Shown here one piece after another: positions 38,623 through 47,956 of a stretch of 64,000 nt of DNA (the stretch's first letter is position 1; each line of letters begins with the position of its first letter). The DNA is taken from the IMG/VR virus record IMGVR_UViG_3300050821_001527, positions 32,001-96,000 of that record; one strand, written 5' to 3'. The notes under the pieces were generated by a model. It ran no database searches and was not told where the DNA came from. It saw nothing but the letters and a program-made list of their open reading frames with translations. Origin of the DNA: a virus (Duplodnaviria > Caudoviricetes). The position numbers and the translations under genes were made by a program.

Positions 38623-39362
38623 GCCGGTTCGGGCTTCTCTTTGTTGGAGACGGCCTTTTTGATGCGCTCGATAAGCTCGAATTTCTTGAAGTTCGGAATA
38701 TCCTCGACACGCGTGAATAGCTCGGCTCCGGGGAATTGCTCTTTGACGAGAGTGCTTTTGACCTTCTCGAAGGATACGTTGTGTGCGGCCATGACCGCCA
38801 AAAGGGTAGCAGATGTTTGGTCGGTTTCAGGAGCGTCCTGCGTAGGGCCAGCAGTCCCGCCCAATTCGTCTTGACCAACGATGTTGACCTTGAGGAAGTT
38901 GCGGACGGCACGAACGAAGGCACGATTTTCCGCACAGGCTCCAAGGAAGTTCTTGCCGAAATTAGTAGTGTTGAATGGAGTGGCATCACCAATCGCGCTA
39001 AAAGTGACTGGTCGGTTTTCCGTTTCGTAGTTTGGAAGCCAGCTAATAGCGCAGGAAGAAATAATGCAATCTGCGGCGGGGGATTGAACTGTATGTCTAA
39101 CCTCACTGTAGCCGCGAAGCGCAGCCAAATCCTTGATTCCCCCAAGGAGAATAATCAAGTCCCTGTCTTCCAATCCTTCAATGGATTCTGGAATCTGCTT
39201 GCCGCGACGTTCAAAAGCCTGTTTGTTTGGGACGAGGAATTCGGGTTTGACCATCTTGCGCCAGTTGACCGAACCGTCTTCGTTAAAGACGTATGATATG
39301 GATTCGTCATCAATCAGACCAAACTCGTTTCGCTTGAACAGTTTCGGAGGCGTATTGCTCAT
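38619..39362 (-). CDS. Putative single-strand annealing protein (Rad52/ERF/Sak-like)
   Basis: GACAENRAFVRAVRNFL..IVGQDEL resembles the AE(T/N)RAxxRA..EE(L/M) SSAP signature; followed by a linker and a small helical C-terminal domain. Confidence 0.55.
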   Translation of the reverse strand: MSNTPPKLFKRNEFGLIDDESISYVFNEDGSVNWRKMVKPEFLVPNKQAFERRGKQIPESIEGLEDRDLIILLGGIKDLAALRGYSEVRHTVQSPAADCIISSCAISWLPNYETENRPVTFSAIGDATPFNTTNFGKNFLGACAENRAFVRAVRNFLKVNIVGQDELGGTAGPTQDAPETDQTSATLLAVMAAHNVSFEKVKSTLVKEQFPGAELFTRVEDIPNFKKFELIERIKKAVSNKEKPEPA

Positions 39363-39368
39363 GGTATA

Positions 39369-39397
39369 AGATTACGGTATGTTTCGGGTTTTGTCAA
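39369..39397 (-). promoter_or_regulatory. Sigma70-type promoter, leaderless
   Basis: TTGACA-17 nt-TAATCT-6 nt-ATG(39362). Confidence 0.7.
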
Positions 39398-40562
39398 GCA
39401 TTTCCACAAACATGCAGTTTTCGGCTTCATCGTTCCAGAAGTCCGGGGAGTCAATGACGGGCTGGAAACCCTCAGTTTTGACGACTCCTGCGATTTGGGA
39501 GGCTCGGGAGGCATAAACCTTGCCCTCGCTGTGGACGTTGCGGCAGGATTTAAAATGCAAATTATTGATTTTTTTTAGCTTTTCCAGCAACTCGGGCTTG
39601 ATTTTAGGAATCACGTTGATGTTGGCGTGTTCGTAATAGTCAATCTTTTTGCGCTCGATTTGCTCGGATGGCAAATTACACAGAAGGGCACAGCGAATCC
39701 CAAGTTCGGCCACTTCCCTGACGAAAGCGGGTTCGTCGTTTTCGCGGATAAAGTAGAACATGCCCTCAATCGCGGCCTTGTTTGCGGCGAGGATTTGGAG
39801 ATTGATTCTCCTGTCTGTGAAGATGCGGCAGCGATTCACGCGTAGCTGACGGGCAAGGATTTCTTCGTCGAACAGATAATCCATGCGGACATCCAAAACC
39901 GCCTTCTTGTCATGGACATTGACCACTTGATTAGGCACGAAGTCATTGATTTGAATACGGCCATAACCATCCCCAATGTGGATTGTGCGGAACGCAGGCG
40001 CGTAAGCGATGCCGAGAAGCTTCAAAATGGCTTCGACTATTTCTTCTGGAAAAATAGTGTTGATGGTCTTTGGGTTTTCGTCGGAGGCATACGAAGGCTT
40101 TTGACCAAGACGTTCATAGCATTTGAATACGATGTGCTGGCTCTTGTCGCCGAAATAAGGGCCAGCGTTCTCTGGCTGGATGATGTTGTAGAGGGCAACG
40201 ATGGGGATGTTGAACGCGGAGGCAAGGTGAATGGCGAAACTATCGCATCCAAAATGGAGCGCGGAACGTTTCACGATATAAGCCAACTGGTTGACTGTGG
40301 TTCTTCCGCGATAGTCAATCGCCCCCGCGATTGCTGGGTCGTTAGGGCCACCCGTTTGGACAATCTTGATGTTCTCCTTCGCAAGAATGGGCAGGAGAAG
40401 GCCGATTACGTCCTGCCAGTAATCGTAGTTCTTGGAGTTGAACTTGGTGTTCGTGTGGAAAGAAATGTATTTTCCTTCCGGCAACGGAGTGAAAGACTCG
40501 TAGATAAACGGCTCGTCAATCTTGGCTCCGCAAGCTAGGGCGTATGTTTCAATCAGGTGCAT
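39372..40562 (-). CDS. GT9 (heptosyltransferase-like) C-terminal half plus an unknown domain
   Basis: MHLIETY...ISFHT...SKNYDYW..VI...IVQTGG...DYRGRTTVNQLAYIVKRSALHFGCDSFAIHLASA is the second Rossmann domain of GT9. Confidence 0.75.
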   Translation of the reverse strand: MHLIETYALACGAKIDEPFIYESFTPLPEGKYISFHTNTKFNSKNYDYWQDVIGLLLPILAKENIKIVQTGGPNDPAIAGAIDYRGRTTVNQLAYIVKRSALHFGCDSFAIHLASAFNIPIVALYNIIQPENAGPYFGDKSQHIVFKCYERLGQKPSYASDENPKTINTIFPEEIVEAILKLLGIAYAPAFRTIHIGDGYGRIQINDFVPNQVVNVHDKKAVLDVRMDYLFDEEILARQLRVNRCRIFTDRRINLQILAANKAAIEGMFYFIRENDEPAFVREVAELGIRCALLCNLPSEQIERKKIDYYEHANINVIPKIKPELLEKLKKINNLHFKSCRNVHSEGKVYASRASQIAGVVKTEGFQPVIDSPDFWNDEAENCMFVEMLDKTRNIP

Positions 40563-42478
40563 TAGTGGTAGCTTTCTAAATCAAAATCAAGCTTATCTTC
40601 CCCGTTGTGCTGATAAGTGAAAATTCTCTGCGTGGGGACGTGCGGAAGATAGGCGATATTGAAATATCCCTTGTTAGTTCCATTGCCTTCCAGCCATAAG
40701 AGATTGTCCATGATTGGATTGTATTCAAGCCAGTGGTCAACGTGCGGGTTTCCATCCAGCACCGACCTGTATTCCGGCTTCGTGGCAACGTAAAGGGCAT
40801 AATCCGGGTAACGGCGTTTGATGGACGGGAAGACGCTCGACAGTAGGAACAAGTCCCCCGCGCTTTCGGGCATGACCACAAGGATTCTGCCCTTGTCGTT
40901 TTTATTCAAGAGTTCATTGAAGTCCGTCTTATTTTTCTCCTGTAGTTCCTTGGCGGCGGTTTGACGGAAGAATTGCTCGATGACTTCGCGCTTCTGGCCC
41001 TTGCTCAATTCCCCAATCCAATACTTGACGCCATCGTCCTCCTTGTCAATGTCTTGACGATTCAGGATTTCCTTATACAGACTGATGACCCATTCCGTGT
41101 TGTCTTCGATTGGCTGGATGGAAACGAATGGATTTGGCAGCGACTCCTTTTCAAGATTGGAGAAGTCCGCTGGCGGGCAGTTGTCAATAAATTCCTCGAA
41201 AATGCCGCCTACGGTCTGCGTGGAGAAATTTTTGATAGTCCATTCCCTCGCCTGCTTGCCCATCGCGGTTTTCTTGGAGGCGTCCATCTTCAATACCTTG
41301 CCCAGTTGTTTGGCGATGGAGGCGGGATAAGTAGAAGCCTTGATGAATTCAGTTTGATGCTCGCGGTATTCCGCCCAGTCTAGGGGGATGGAACCTGCGT
41401 CCGGTTCGCACATTTCTTCACCACACGAATAGTTCGTGACGAGAGTAATCAGTTCGGTAAGCTTTGCTTCCTGAATGGGGATTTCCTGACCGCCCGAAGT
41501 GAACGGGTGACAGTAAACATCCATCAGGTTGTAAATCTCGTTCAGGTATTTTTCGGAAACCCCAAGACCCGGCCCGGTTGTGATTTGGGACTTTTCCGTT
41601 TTACAATGCTTGCAGTTCTGGTCGTGACCCGTGAAAGGCTTGACTTCGTATTTCAGGCACGACTTGCAGACGTAGGTGGTAAGAATCTCGTTCTTGTTGA
41701 CCCCGTATTCGGCGGCAAGCTTATGAATGTCCCAACCCTCAGACCAGTTGGTATGCAGGAGCAAGCGCGGATTCTTGACTTCGGGATGCTCCTTCGTGAA
41801 CATCTTATATCCTTCAAGAAGGTTAGGGACGCTCTTTCTTAGCTGATTACGGAACACGAAACCAACGATGAAGGCATCAAGGGGGATGCCGTTTTTCTTT
41901 CGCAGTTCCGTTCTTTGCAGATTCGGAAGCTTGCAGAAATGCGACGTATCAACCGCACCGTGAACTGTCCTGACGTGAGTATGACCCAGCTTGTGCAGGG
42001 CGTTGGTGGCGAAGCTGCTCCAAATCCAGAAATTCTTGATTTTTGGGGCAATTTTAATGTCGCTTGGTCGCAGAGGAAGTGAGTCAAGAGTAGTCCAAAT
42101 GACCGAATTGGTCTTCTTGAACCATTTCTTTTCGACAGCGAAATCAACGCCCCAAATATCTTGCGAGGCAACGTAAACGTCCGGCTTTTCTTCAAGGATT
42201 ACCTTGTCGAGATTCCATGCCCCGTATCCGGCCTGACGAGCGATGTGAGGGTCTTTATTTAACTCCTGAATCTGTCTTGGGTCGTTGGGGAGACAGCCCA
42301 CGCTTTTCCAAGGGGTGCGGGCGAGTTCTGGATGCCCCACTGGGACTCCGATACAATAATGAACCAAGTCATACTTGCCCGTGCGGAACAGGTATTCAAG
42401 TATGGCTCGGATATTGCGTCCGAACCCGGTTTTAGCTAGGCTAAAATCGGTTTGGAAAACGATTTTCTTTTTCTTCAT
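40562..42478 (-). CDS. GT4-type glycosyltransferase fused to DUF4214-like and GT9 N-terminal domains
   Basis: GT-B motifs (TGFGR; GFVFRNQLRKSVPNLL; DVYCHPFTSGGQEIPIQEA); zinc-ribbon insert CKSC...CKHC; WVISLYKEILNR..DGVKYW; C-terminal RILVVMPESAGDLFL...LDGNPHVD. Confidence 0.8.
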   Translation of the reverse strand: MKKKKIVFQTDFSLAKTGFGRNIRAILEYLFRTGKYDLVHYCIGVPVGHPELARTPWKSVGCLPNDPRQIQELNKDPHIARQAGYGAWNLDKVILEEKPDVYVASQDIWGVDFAVEKKWFKKTNSVIWTTLDSLPLRPSDIKIAPKIKNFWIWSSFATNALHKLGHTHVRTVHGAVDTSHFCKLPNLQRTELRKKNGIPLDAFIVGFVFRNQLRKSVPNLLEGYKMFTKEHPEVKNPRLLLHTNWSEGWDIHKLAAEYGVNKNEILTTYVCKSCLKYEVKPFTGHDQNCKHCKTEKSQITTGPGLGVSEKYLNEIYNLMDVYCHPFTSGGQEIPIQEAKLTELITLVTNYSCGEEMCEPDAGSIPLDWAEYREHQTEFIKASTYPASIAKQLGKVLKMDASKKTAMGKQAREWTIKNFSTQTVGGIFEEFIDNCPPADFSNLEKESLPNPFVSIQPIEDNTEWVISLYKEILNRQDIDKEDDGVKYWIGELSKGQKREVIEQFFRQTAAKELQEKNKTDFNELLNKNDKGRILVVMPESAGDLFLLSSVFPSIKRRYPDYALYVATKPEYRSVLDGNPHVDHWLEYNPIMDNLLWLEGNGTNKGYFNIAYLPHVPTQRIFTYQHNGEDKLDFDLESYH

Positions 42479-43026
42479 TACACGTCGAGACTGGTGGCCT
42501 CGATTGTTTGACCGTCGGAAGCGGCGGGCGATTCACTTTTTGGAGATTTTGCAGCGTAATTGGCAACGTCAATTTCGATGGCCTTGCGGATAAACAAGGT
42601 GAGGGCTTCCTTCAAAAGCCTGCCTTCGCCGAAGTTCAGACCGATGACGAAATTGGTTTTCTTCGAGGAGTCCTCCTTCGAGGATTTGACGACTGAGAAA
42701 GAGTGACCAATCTGCACCCCATCCTTCATATACGGCTCGAATTTGATGGACGTGGAAAACTGGGTGACTGCGCCGTCATGGTAGGCCGAGAATGCACGGC
42801 CCGTGTCAATAGAGTCAAGGATTCCCCCGATTTCAGTGTGGGAGAACTTGACCACAGCCTTCTTCGCCGGGTCTTTTGCGTTTTGGGAGAAGGAGCCGGT
42901 GCGGGTCGCAGGGTTCCATGAGTCTTGTTTGAGGATTTCCGCGTAAAAGCGGTTATCTTGGTTGGATAGTTTGAATGAGCAGGCGTGGCCGGTATTTCTT
43001 GGGTTTGGTTTATAGAAGTTTATCAT
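42478..43026 (-). CDS. Whirly/PC4-like ssDNA-binding protein
   Basis: FYKPN..GHACSF...KQDSWN...VKFSHTEIGGIL pattern with a disordered acidic tail. Confidence 0.5.
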   Translation of the reverse strand: MINFYKPNPRNTGHACSFKLSNQDNRFYAEILKQDSWNPATRTGSFSQNAKDPAKKAVVKFSHTEIGGILDSIDTGRAFSAYHDGAVTQFSTSIKFEPYMKDGVQIGHSFSVVKSSKEDSSKKTNFVIGLNFGEGRLLKEALTLFIRKAIEIDVANYAAKSPKSESPAASDGQTIEATSLDV

Positions 43027-43033
43027 AGCTTAT

Positions 43034-43066
43034 GTGTATTATAGTATAGAAGGTCGAAGGAATCTA
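43034..43066. promoter_or_regulatory. Overlapping divergent promoters
   Basis: Minus strand: TAGATT-17 nt-TATAAT (43066-43038) for the SSB-like gene. Plus strand: GTGTATTATA (43034), a variant of the late motif, before ATG 43072. Confidence 0.5.
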
Positions 43067-43071
43067 AAAAA

Positions 43072-46000
43072 ATGCAGTTTGTGTTCACAGGTTTCAGGAG
43101 CGGGGACGTGCTGGATTATGCCCCGGCAAGCGGAGGCGAAAACTCCGGGGTTTTCCGTGGCCTGACCCGAGCAAAGACCGCCCCGACTGGCATAAGCTAC
43201 GGCCTCGTTTTCACGACTTCCCCTCCCGACAGTTCGATTGACATTTTCGATTCCAACTTCACAGGCCCGTATTATCTCTATGGATGGGCGGGCGCGGGAA
43301 GGACTTTTTCGGGCGAATACGTTACCCCGTCCTGTTCCATTTACGAAACCTGCCACGGTATCAGGCAACCCGACAAGCCGTTCAAGAACTTCTACAACGC
43401 CTACTATCGTCATGGATTCTTTGAATCTCCGTGGGGAGCAAATCCGACCCGAACATCGGTATTGTCGAACTTTGGAACGTCCAGAACGCTTACCCAATCC
43501 GATGCCGGGGATGCGATAAATTTCGCAGACGCATTCCAAATCACCGTAGAAGAATACCATCAGTTGAACGGAATCGTTCCTATTAACTGTGGTGGTGGAA
43601 AGTCCCCCGAAAACTGCAATCCACTTATCTCCCCCTTGCAGCACTTTCGCTACTTCTATTACGAATGCCCGAGTGACATTGACGCGAATTGTCCGACCTA
43701 TCAGGAAGCGGAAATCAAATGGGTTCCGGGCAACGGAATTGAATATGCGGGGCCGAGTGGTTATCCTTCCTATATCTTCGGGGGAAGCCTATACAACAAT
43801 TCTCCCATCCCTACCGTATTGGACTTGGATGGAAACTTCTTCATGCAGGATGTGTGCGCCGTGGGAGGCAACATCAACATCTACAATAACAATCTCTGCC
43901 CTGCTCTGGTATTGGAAACGGACACGTCCATACTTAGAGGCAGCAACGACCTAATGGCTACCTTCGTGGCCAACGCCATCGCTGGTTTTGGATTCGCCGG
44001 ACTGGGTGGGAATGGCAAGGGCGGAAACGTTGATGGATATGGAGCGGGAGCGCAAGACCTTGGCAATGAAGACTGGTGGTTCTGGAACTTCGTGTATCAA
44101 GAAAACGCGGACACATTTCCGTTTGATAACAGCCCCGACGAAGGAAGGGTAATCGGCAAGCCTGTCACCAGTAACATAGTCAATTCAGACGGCTCTGTTA
44201 CCGTGGTGACTACTCAGAGAACGGACGGAAATAACCCAACCCCTCAGACCTTTGACTCGTCTATCGCTTGGGAAAGCTGGTATTGGCAGCACCGTCTTTG
44301 CGCGGACTATCCGAAATACCTGCCTTGGACTTTCGGGGCCAACATCTTTGCCTCGCCTGAAACCTACTTTGAAGTTCCGTATTACTCTGCCATTGGTAAA
44401 TATGGATTCTATGGAGTGAGGTTCCTTGAGTCTGCCGGGACGTTAATCAACCCGGATGGAACAGTGAACAGTGGATGCACGACGGGAGACAACGCGAATC
44501 CCTTTGATAACGCGACTGTGGGACTCGGCGGGCCTGAAATTTATAACAGGCTGCTGAAGACTTCCGCCCTACAGAGGAAATACAGCGATTACTACGCCGG
44601 AAATCAAGGATTGTTCTTGGCCCTGAACTACGACTTCCTTACCGGGGACGCGGGATACAACAGGCTACAGAACTTCACAAAGAGCGGAATCAAAGTCCTG
44701 CATGACAAGTTTTGGATTGAATGCAAATACTCCCAGATGGGTGAGCCTTACTTGTTGACGGCTTGGATTAACGACATCCCAACGCTCTACAATGACAACG
44801 GCTATCTTGAAATCAACCCTAATGGCTCTGTCACAGACCCAATCAATAACGTCACCCATACTGGGTATTACAGGTCTGGTGTTCCTGACAGTTATCTATA
44901 TACCAACAATCTGTTCGAGAGTGTGTTCTTTAATCAGGGGGACTTGCCTGCCTTCGACGCCGGTTTCATTGGTAAGTATGGCAACTACATCGTTCGTGAC
45001 ACGCAGGGGAGTCTCAACACCGGAAGCTACAACTTCATGGCGAATGTCCAGAGGAATCTTTCCCATAAGAGAAACTTGGGTAACGAATCCTACGGAACGC
45101 CGGTTGACCTGTATCCAATGGGCAGGATTTATTACGGAATGGACGACCCTTCGGGATATTACAATGCGTTCTGGCTGGTCGCCCCGAACAGCAAGAGTAA
45201 GCCCCCGCAAATCCCAAGAAGATATTTCGAGGGGTATTACGCGTCGAACTCGGGAGTATTCCCTAATCTATCCGCACTCCAAACCTACACTCCGGTTGGG
45301 GAGCCATTGGGATTCAACGCCGGGTTCTACAACAAAATTGGCAATGGGAAAATGCACCCGAAACGCGGTTATGTTCCAGTGGCCTCTGGCAACGGACTTA
45401 CGAATAACAATACACATGTGCATTTGGATTATACAGGCGTTCTGCAAGTTTTGGGCTACCACCAAATCGGGGTTTTAGACCCGAGCTTCTCATGCTTTAA
45501 CCCAATCTTTGTTCAACAGCCAAACGACATTATCTGCAAGGTTGGGCAAACGCCTACGTTCAGGTCGCTCGCGGTTGATTACCACACCTTGCCGGAAGAC
45601 AAAGTTCAGGATGGGCGATGGCCGGAAATCAATTATTGGGCTGACAGACTCAAGCTGACCGATGATAATGGAAAGATTATATCCAAGCTTTCCTATAAGT
45701 GGGGAAGGTTCCCTACTGGGCTATACGCTAATTACAACTTGGGGAATCTGAGCGGAGTGGAATGGTCTAATCCCACGGGCGAATGGTGTAACCTAGAAGG
45801 CGACGGAAGCAATAACTGCACAGTCATCCACCCAAATGAATGCGTCCCGAAACTAACGGGATACAGAACTTCAATCACTCCGGGGCTTCCTAACCAATTC
45901 GCTGAGTTTGTAAAGGGTGCCAAGGTGGGTATTGACGACCAATATTACTACTTCTGCGTAGTCTCGGGCATCTTCGGGGAAAGAAGAAGCGAGCCTGCCC

Positions 46001-47931
46001 GATTGATTATTGATGATACTTTGATTTTGGACGTAGCAGTAAAGAACGGAAGTTCCCAAGGATGGCCGTCAAAGCTTGTGTTCACTTCAATGGATGGAAG
46101 TGGGAACCAGAAGAATATCGCCCTGTCCAGTTACACCGGCCCGTATTATGGATACACGCCGAACACAGATGCCATTCCAGAAACGGCGTTTGCGGAACGC
46201 AGGACTCCAAGTGCCGTGGGATGTCTGCCTAGCTGGTCGCCTTGCTGTGACGACAATAAGAAACGAACGATGGGGATGATTGGATACGATACGTGGAACT
46301 TCACTTGGCAACCACCAGCCATTCAGGATTTGCCGCTTCTGAACACTAACTGGGGTCAGGTCGTCCCTTACGGTGCGTTGGTGACGTTCTCGAAAATTCT
46401 GACTCAGGAAGAAGGAGACGCCATGTATGGTAGAACGGCCCTGCCTAAAGTTTCGGAGGGTCAGTTCTTGGGAGATTATTTCGGTATTCCGTTTGACTTG
46501 TATCTGAATGGCGGCACGAAAGTCAAGCATTGGTCTGTTGAGGAGCCAGCTTGGGCTACAGATAATACCAAGCAAGGCATTCCGTTCAACGCCGGGGACA
46601 TAGTTTCCGCCCTGTATCCCGCGTCAGAAGGAGCGAAGAAGTGGTCGGCGTTCCCAACCAAATCGGCCAGTCAAAATTACGGCAAGGGACAATGGCAGTT
46701 TAGCAATAACCTCGGACTTATCAAGAGGCTTGGATATACAGACCTTGTTGGCAAGGATGATACTTGGGACGGAAAAGACAGCCGTGGCGAGACGCTGATT
46801 ACGTTCTCAAATATCCTAACGGATAAGAATAAACTTCTGGATAACATCAGAACCAGCTTGAAGTCCTATCCGGGCGGAAATGCCGGATGGAGGAAAAGTT
46901 CTTTGGGTAGGCACATGGCATACTTCGTGGAAGGATTTAGCTCGTTCTACATATTCTGCGGAAATAAGAAGAAGGAGTTCGTTACCAACTGGTCTTACAT
47001 CGCGCCGGGGCTGCGAGTCGGCAATGCTGGTTTCCAGTATTCTTGGGTCGGGCAACCGAATAGCTCTTACCTTACGCGCCAAACCATGCCGGGGCCATAC
47101 TCGTTCTTCTGGAAGATGAACAGGCACAACCGCGACAAGAATGGCAACGGAATGCCATTGGGTATGTATGCCTATTCTACAGACGGCCCATACACAATGA
47201 TGTATGACCTTCCTGCGGTCTATGGATTGTATATCCGTAACTTCGACAGGGTGAGTAAGAACGACGCGCTGTTTGAAGAAATTAGAAGCATTAGAACCGA
47301 TGCGGCGGGGGGGCAGCCAAACTACATCAACGCTGGCGCGGCGGTGTGGACACAGAAATTTGAGTTCAATCAGACGACCAATGATGACGGGACTATTAGC
47401 TGGTGCGGCGTTCCGTTCGGGACTTGGAGAAACAGGTGCAGCGGTTTGGCCCCGGCAGACGGAACCGACGCCAGATATTGCCAGTATCCGAATGATGCCA
47501 TAGCTGTGGCGGGTTCTCAGGACTTGGACATTTATGAATGTCCTACTTTGGGGGTAAAGGCTAACGTATGTTTCCCGCCATGCCTAAGCCTTAGATACGA
47601 CCAAGGAATTCTACCGGGTGGAAAGAGTCTCGATTTGTTTGGAAATTTGTCATCGAAATACGGGCCTGATAAGATTGTCTCCGACGCGAGATATAACGGC
47701 TTGGACGCAACGAGGGTTCTTGGGCCAGCACAAACGCCTTGGGCGCAGGCTGTTGAGGGGTTCTTGGCCCCGGACTTGCTGCCGAAGCTGGCTGAATACC
47801 AGTCCATAGACCCGTGCCACGGTGGGGGTTCCGACCATTGCAACTACGTGACTCCTACGGCTTGGATTGGTTCGACGCAAAAGGCTTACTCAAACATGAA
47901 CTATATGTCCGATTTGATTAACGGTTTCTAA
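43072..47931 (+). CDS. Giant orphan protein with an interrupted Ig-like domain, probably virion-associated
   Basis: 1619 aa, rich in G/N/Y/W; PIFVQQPNDIICKVGQTPTF and DDQYYYFCVVSG..RSEPARL are the terminal strands of an Ig I-set domain; clustered Cys. Confidence 0.6.
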   Translation: MQFVFTGFRSGDVLDYAPASGGENSGVFRGLTRAKTAPTGISYGLVFTTSPPDSSIDIFDSNFTGPYYLYGWAGAGRTFSGEYVTPSCSIYETCHGIRQPDKPFKNFYNAYYRHGFFESPWGANPTRTSVLSNFGTSRTLTQSDAGDAINFADAFQITVEEYHQLNGIVPINCGGGKSPENCNPLISPLQHFRYFYYECPSDIDANCPTYQEAEIKWVPGNGIEYAGPSGYPSYIFGGSLYNNSPIPTVLDLDGNFFMQDVCAVGGNINIYNNNLCPALVLETDTSILRGSNDLMATFVANAIAGFGFAGLGGNGKGGNVDGYGAGAQDLGNEDWWFWNFVYQENADTFPFDNSPDEGRVIGKPVTSNIVNSDGSVTVVTTQRTDGNNPTPQTFDSSIAWESWYWQHRLCADYPKYLPWTFGANIFASPETYFEVPYYSAIGKYGFYGVRFLESAGTLINPDGTVNSGCTTGDNANPFDNATVGLGGPEIYNRLLKTSALQRKYSDYYAGNQGLFLALNYDFLTGDAGYNRLQNFTKSGIKVLHDKFWIECKYSQMGEPYLLTAWINDIPTLYNDNGYLEINPNGSVTDPINNVTHTGYYRSGVPDSYLYTNNLFESVFFNQGDLPAFDAGFIGKYGNYIVRDTQGSLNTGSYNFMANVQRNLSHKRNLGNESYGTPVDLYPMGRIYYGMDDPSGYYNAFWLVAPNSKSKPPQIPRRYFEGYYASNSGVFPNLSALQTYTPVGEPLGFNAGFYNKIGNGKMHPKRGYVPVASGNGLTNNNTHVHLDYTGVLQVLGYHQIGVLDPSFSCFNPIFVQQPNDIICKVGQTPTFRSLAVDYHTLPEDKVQDGRWPEINYWADRLKLTDDNGKIISKLSYKWGRFPTGLYANYNLGNLSGVEWSNPTGEWCNLEGDGSNNCTVIHPNECVPKLTGYRTSITPGLPNQFAEFVKGAKVGIDDQYYYFCVVSGIFGERRSEPARLIIDDTLILDVAVKNGSSQGWPSKLVFTSMDGSGNQKNIALSSYTGPYYGYTPNTDAIPETAFAERRTPSAVGCLPSWSPCCDDNKKRTMGMIGYDTWNFTWQPPAIQDLPLLNTNWGQVVPYGALVTFSKILTQEEGDAMYGRTALPKVSEGQFLGDYFGIPFDLYLNGGTKVKHWSVEEPAWATDNTKQGIPFNAGDIVSALYPASEGAKKWSAFPTKSASQNYGKGQWQFSNNLGLIKRLGYTDLVGKDDTWDGKDSRGETLITFSNILTDKNKLLDNIRTSLKSYPGGNAGWRKSSLGRHMAYFVEGFSSFYIFCGNKKKEFVTNWSYIAPGLRVGNAGFQYSWVGQPNSSYLTRQTMPGPYSFFWKMNRHNRDKNGNGMPLGMYAYSTDGPYTMMYDLPAVYGLYIRNFDRVSKNDALFEEIRSIRTDAAGGQPNYINAGAAVWTQKFEFNQTTNDDGTISWCGVPFGTWRNRCSGLAPADGTDARYCQYPNDAIAVAGSQDLDIYECPTLGVKANVCFPPCLSLRYDQGILPGGKSLDLFGNLSSKYGPDKIVSDARYNGLDATRVLGPAQTPWAQAVEGFLAPDLLPKLAEYQSIDPCHGGGSDHCNYVTPTAWIGSTQKAYSNMNYMSDLINGF

Positions 47932-47956
47932 ACGAAAAATCTATAATAGAGGGAAA

